Source: Chloroflexota bacterium
GTDB taxonomy: Bacteria; Chloroflexota; Dehalococcoidia; Bin125
DNA length: 64,000 bases
Direction: 5' to 3'
NCBI GenBank assembly: GCA_028875225.1
Contig: JAPPFB010000017.1
Coordinates: forward strand, 81,920 to 145,919
Positions 63,252 through 64,000 of the stretch are shown in pieces. The notes below the pieces were generated by a model. It did not search any database. It was not told the origin of the DNA and saw nothing but the letters and a program-made list of their open reading frames with translations. Each line of letters opens with the position of its first letter. The stretch's first letter is position 1. A program made the position numbers and the translations under genes.

Positions 63252-64000
63252 CTACTGCAGCGCCCCGGCGACCAACGCTTCCGTAATCTCCTCGTCCGGC
63301 ACCGACAGGATCTCCGAGAGCACATAGTGCGTATGCTCACCGATCGCCGGCGCGGCTCGGCGCAGACGCGCCGTCCCTCCGGAGAACCGGGTGACCAGGC
63401 CGTCGTAGGGCGTTGGACCCATGACCGAGTGGTCGAGCGTGACGAAGAAATCACGATGAGTCAGCTGCGGGTCCTCGTAGAGGTCCGACGGCCATTCAAC
63501 CGTCGCCGCCGGAACACCGGCAGCCGTGAGCGCGCCGACGACCGCATTGGCAGTCTGAGGCGCGCACCACTCGGCAACCGCCGCCTCGATCTCGGCCTTG
63601 GCCGCGATTCGCGTTGACAGGTCGTCGTACTCGCTACCGGACCAGTTCTCCAGGCCCGCTGCGTCGCGCAGCGCGTGCCATTGCTCGGCCGTCTCCGTCG
63701 CAATCGCCACGTAGCGCTCCTCGTTGCCGACTCGGAAAATGCCGTTCGGCGCGGCGTACAACGATCCGTGGCCGGGCGCGTCAGCGACGCGGCCATTCTC
63801 CAGGTAATCGAGCAACAGCGGCGCATTGAAGTGGATCCCTGCCTCGGTCTGCGCCAGGTCGATGTACTGGCCCTTGCCCGTCTGGTCGCGGTAGCGGATC
63901 GCAGCGGCGAGCGTGCCGGAACCAAACCGTGGGTTGATGAAGTCGGTGTATGCGCCCCACGTGCCCGAGGGCTGCCGGTCGGGCCAGCCGGTAATCCGGT
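63252..64000 (-). CDS. CoA-transferase family III (CaiB/BaiF-like), 5'-partial at window edge
   Basis: C-terminal CaiB-family sequence (...ITGWPDRQPSGTWGAYTDF...LVTRFSGGTA); the reading frame stays open to the window end, so the N-terminus lies beyond 64000. Confidence 0.8.
   Translation of the reverse strand, partial: RITGWPDRQPSGTWGAYTDFINPRFGSGTLAAAIRYRDQTGKGQYIDLAQTEAGIHFNAPLLLDYLENGRVADAPGHGSLYAAPNGIFRVGNEERYVAIATETAEQWHALRDAAGLENWSGSEYDDLSTRIAAKAEIEAAVAEWCAPQTANAVVGALTAAGVPAATVEWPSDLYEDPQLTHRDFFVTLDHSVMGPTPYDGLVTRFSGGTARLRRAAPAIGEHTHYVLSEILSVPDEEITEALVAGALQ

Overview
This 64 kb window is a high-GC (~65%), gene-dense chromosomal core-genome segment. I found no rRNA or tRNA genes, no CRISPR array, and no transposase or integrase ORFs. 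The content is overwhelmingly housekeeping, in this order: pepP-efp; xseA-xseB; a PurN-like formyltransferase-family gene; a three-domain lamin-tail-domain (LTD) surface protein; rluB-cmk-plsC-ispH; a PDZ/radical-SAM/DUF512 protein; glmS; ppsA; an acidic Ig-like/CARDB membrane protein; dnaG-sigA; a set of F420-type redox enzymes (DDN-family nitroreductase, two LLM oxidoreductases, a PPOX-class protein); a YhdH-type quinone oxidoreductase; a metallophosphoesterase; gatB; three tandem aldo/keto-reductase paralogs; yvcK; secG-fmt-rlmN; rplY(ctc); hyuA-hyuB followed by a small membrane protein, an M28 lipoprotein peptidase and a LysM protein; pccB; mitochondrial-type aconitase-mdh-fumC; cupin, DinB and cyclase genes; trmH-xth; an amidase; an S9 peptidase; ppc; and a DUF35/SCP2-thiolase/CoA-transferase-III cluster that runs off the window end. 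The gene content (F420 enzymes, LTD proteins, Thermus-like EF-P with Arg at the loop tip, Ctc-type L25, long sigA) suggests Chloroflexota (Thermomicrobia-like) or possibly Actinobacteria; I cannot resolve this from sequence alone. Many long ORFs in the six-frame track are antisense or alternative-frame artefacts of high GC and I did not call them. I did not recognise a defence system or a novel operon. What is not explained by ordinary genes is a dense population of structured GC-rich intergenic repeats: at least four families that share hairpin modules, including two ~170-nt nested-palindrome (MITE-like) composites and inverted REP-like pairs, consistently placed between genes. These repeats, the possible frameshift or overlap at the LTD gene, and the low-GC repeat-bearing leader upstream of the formyltransferase are the candidates for undescribed biology.
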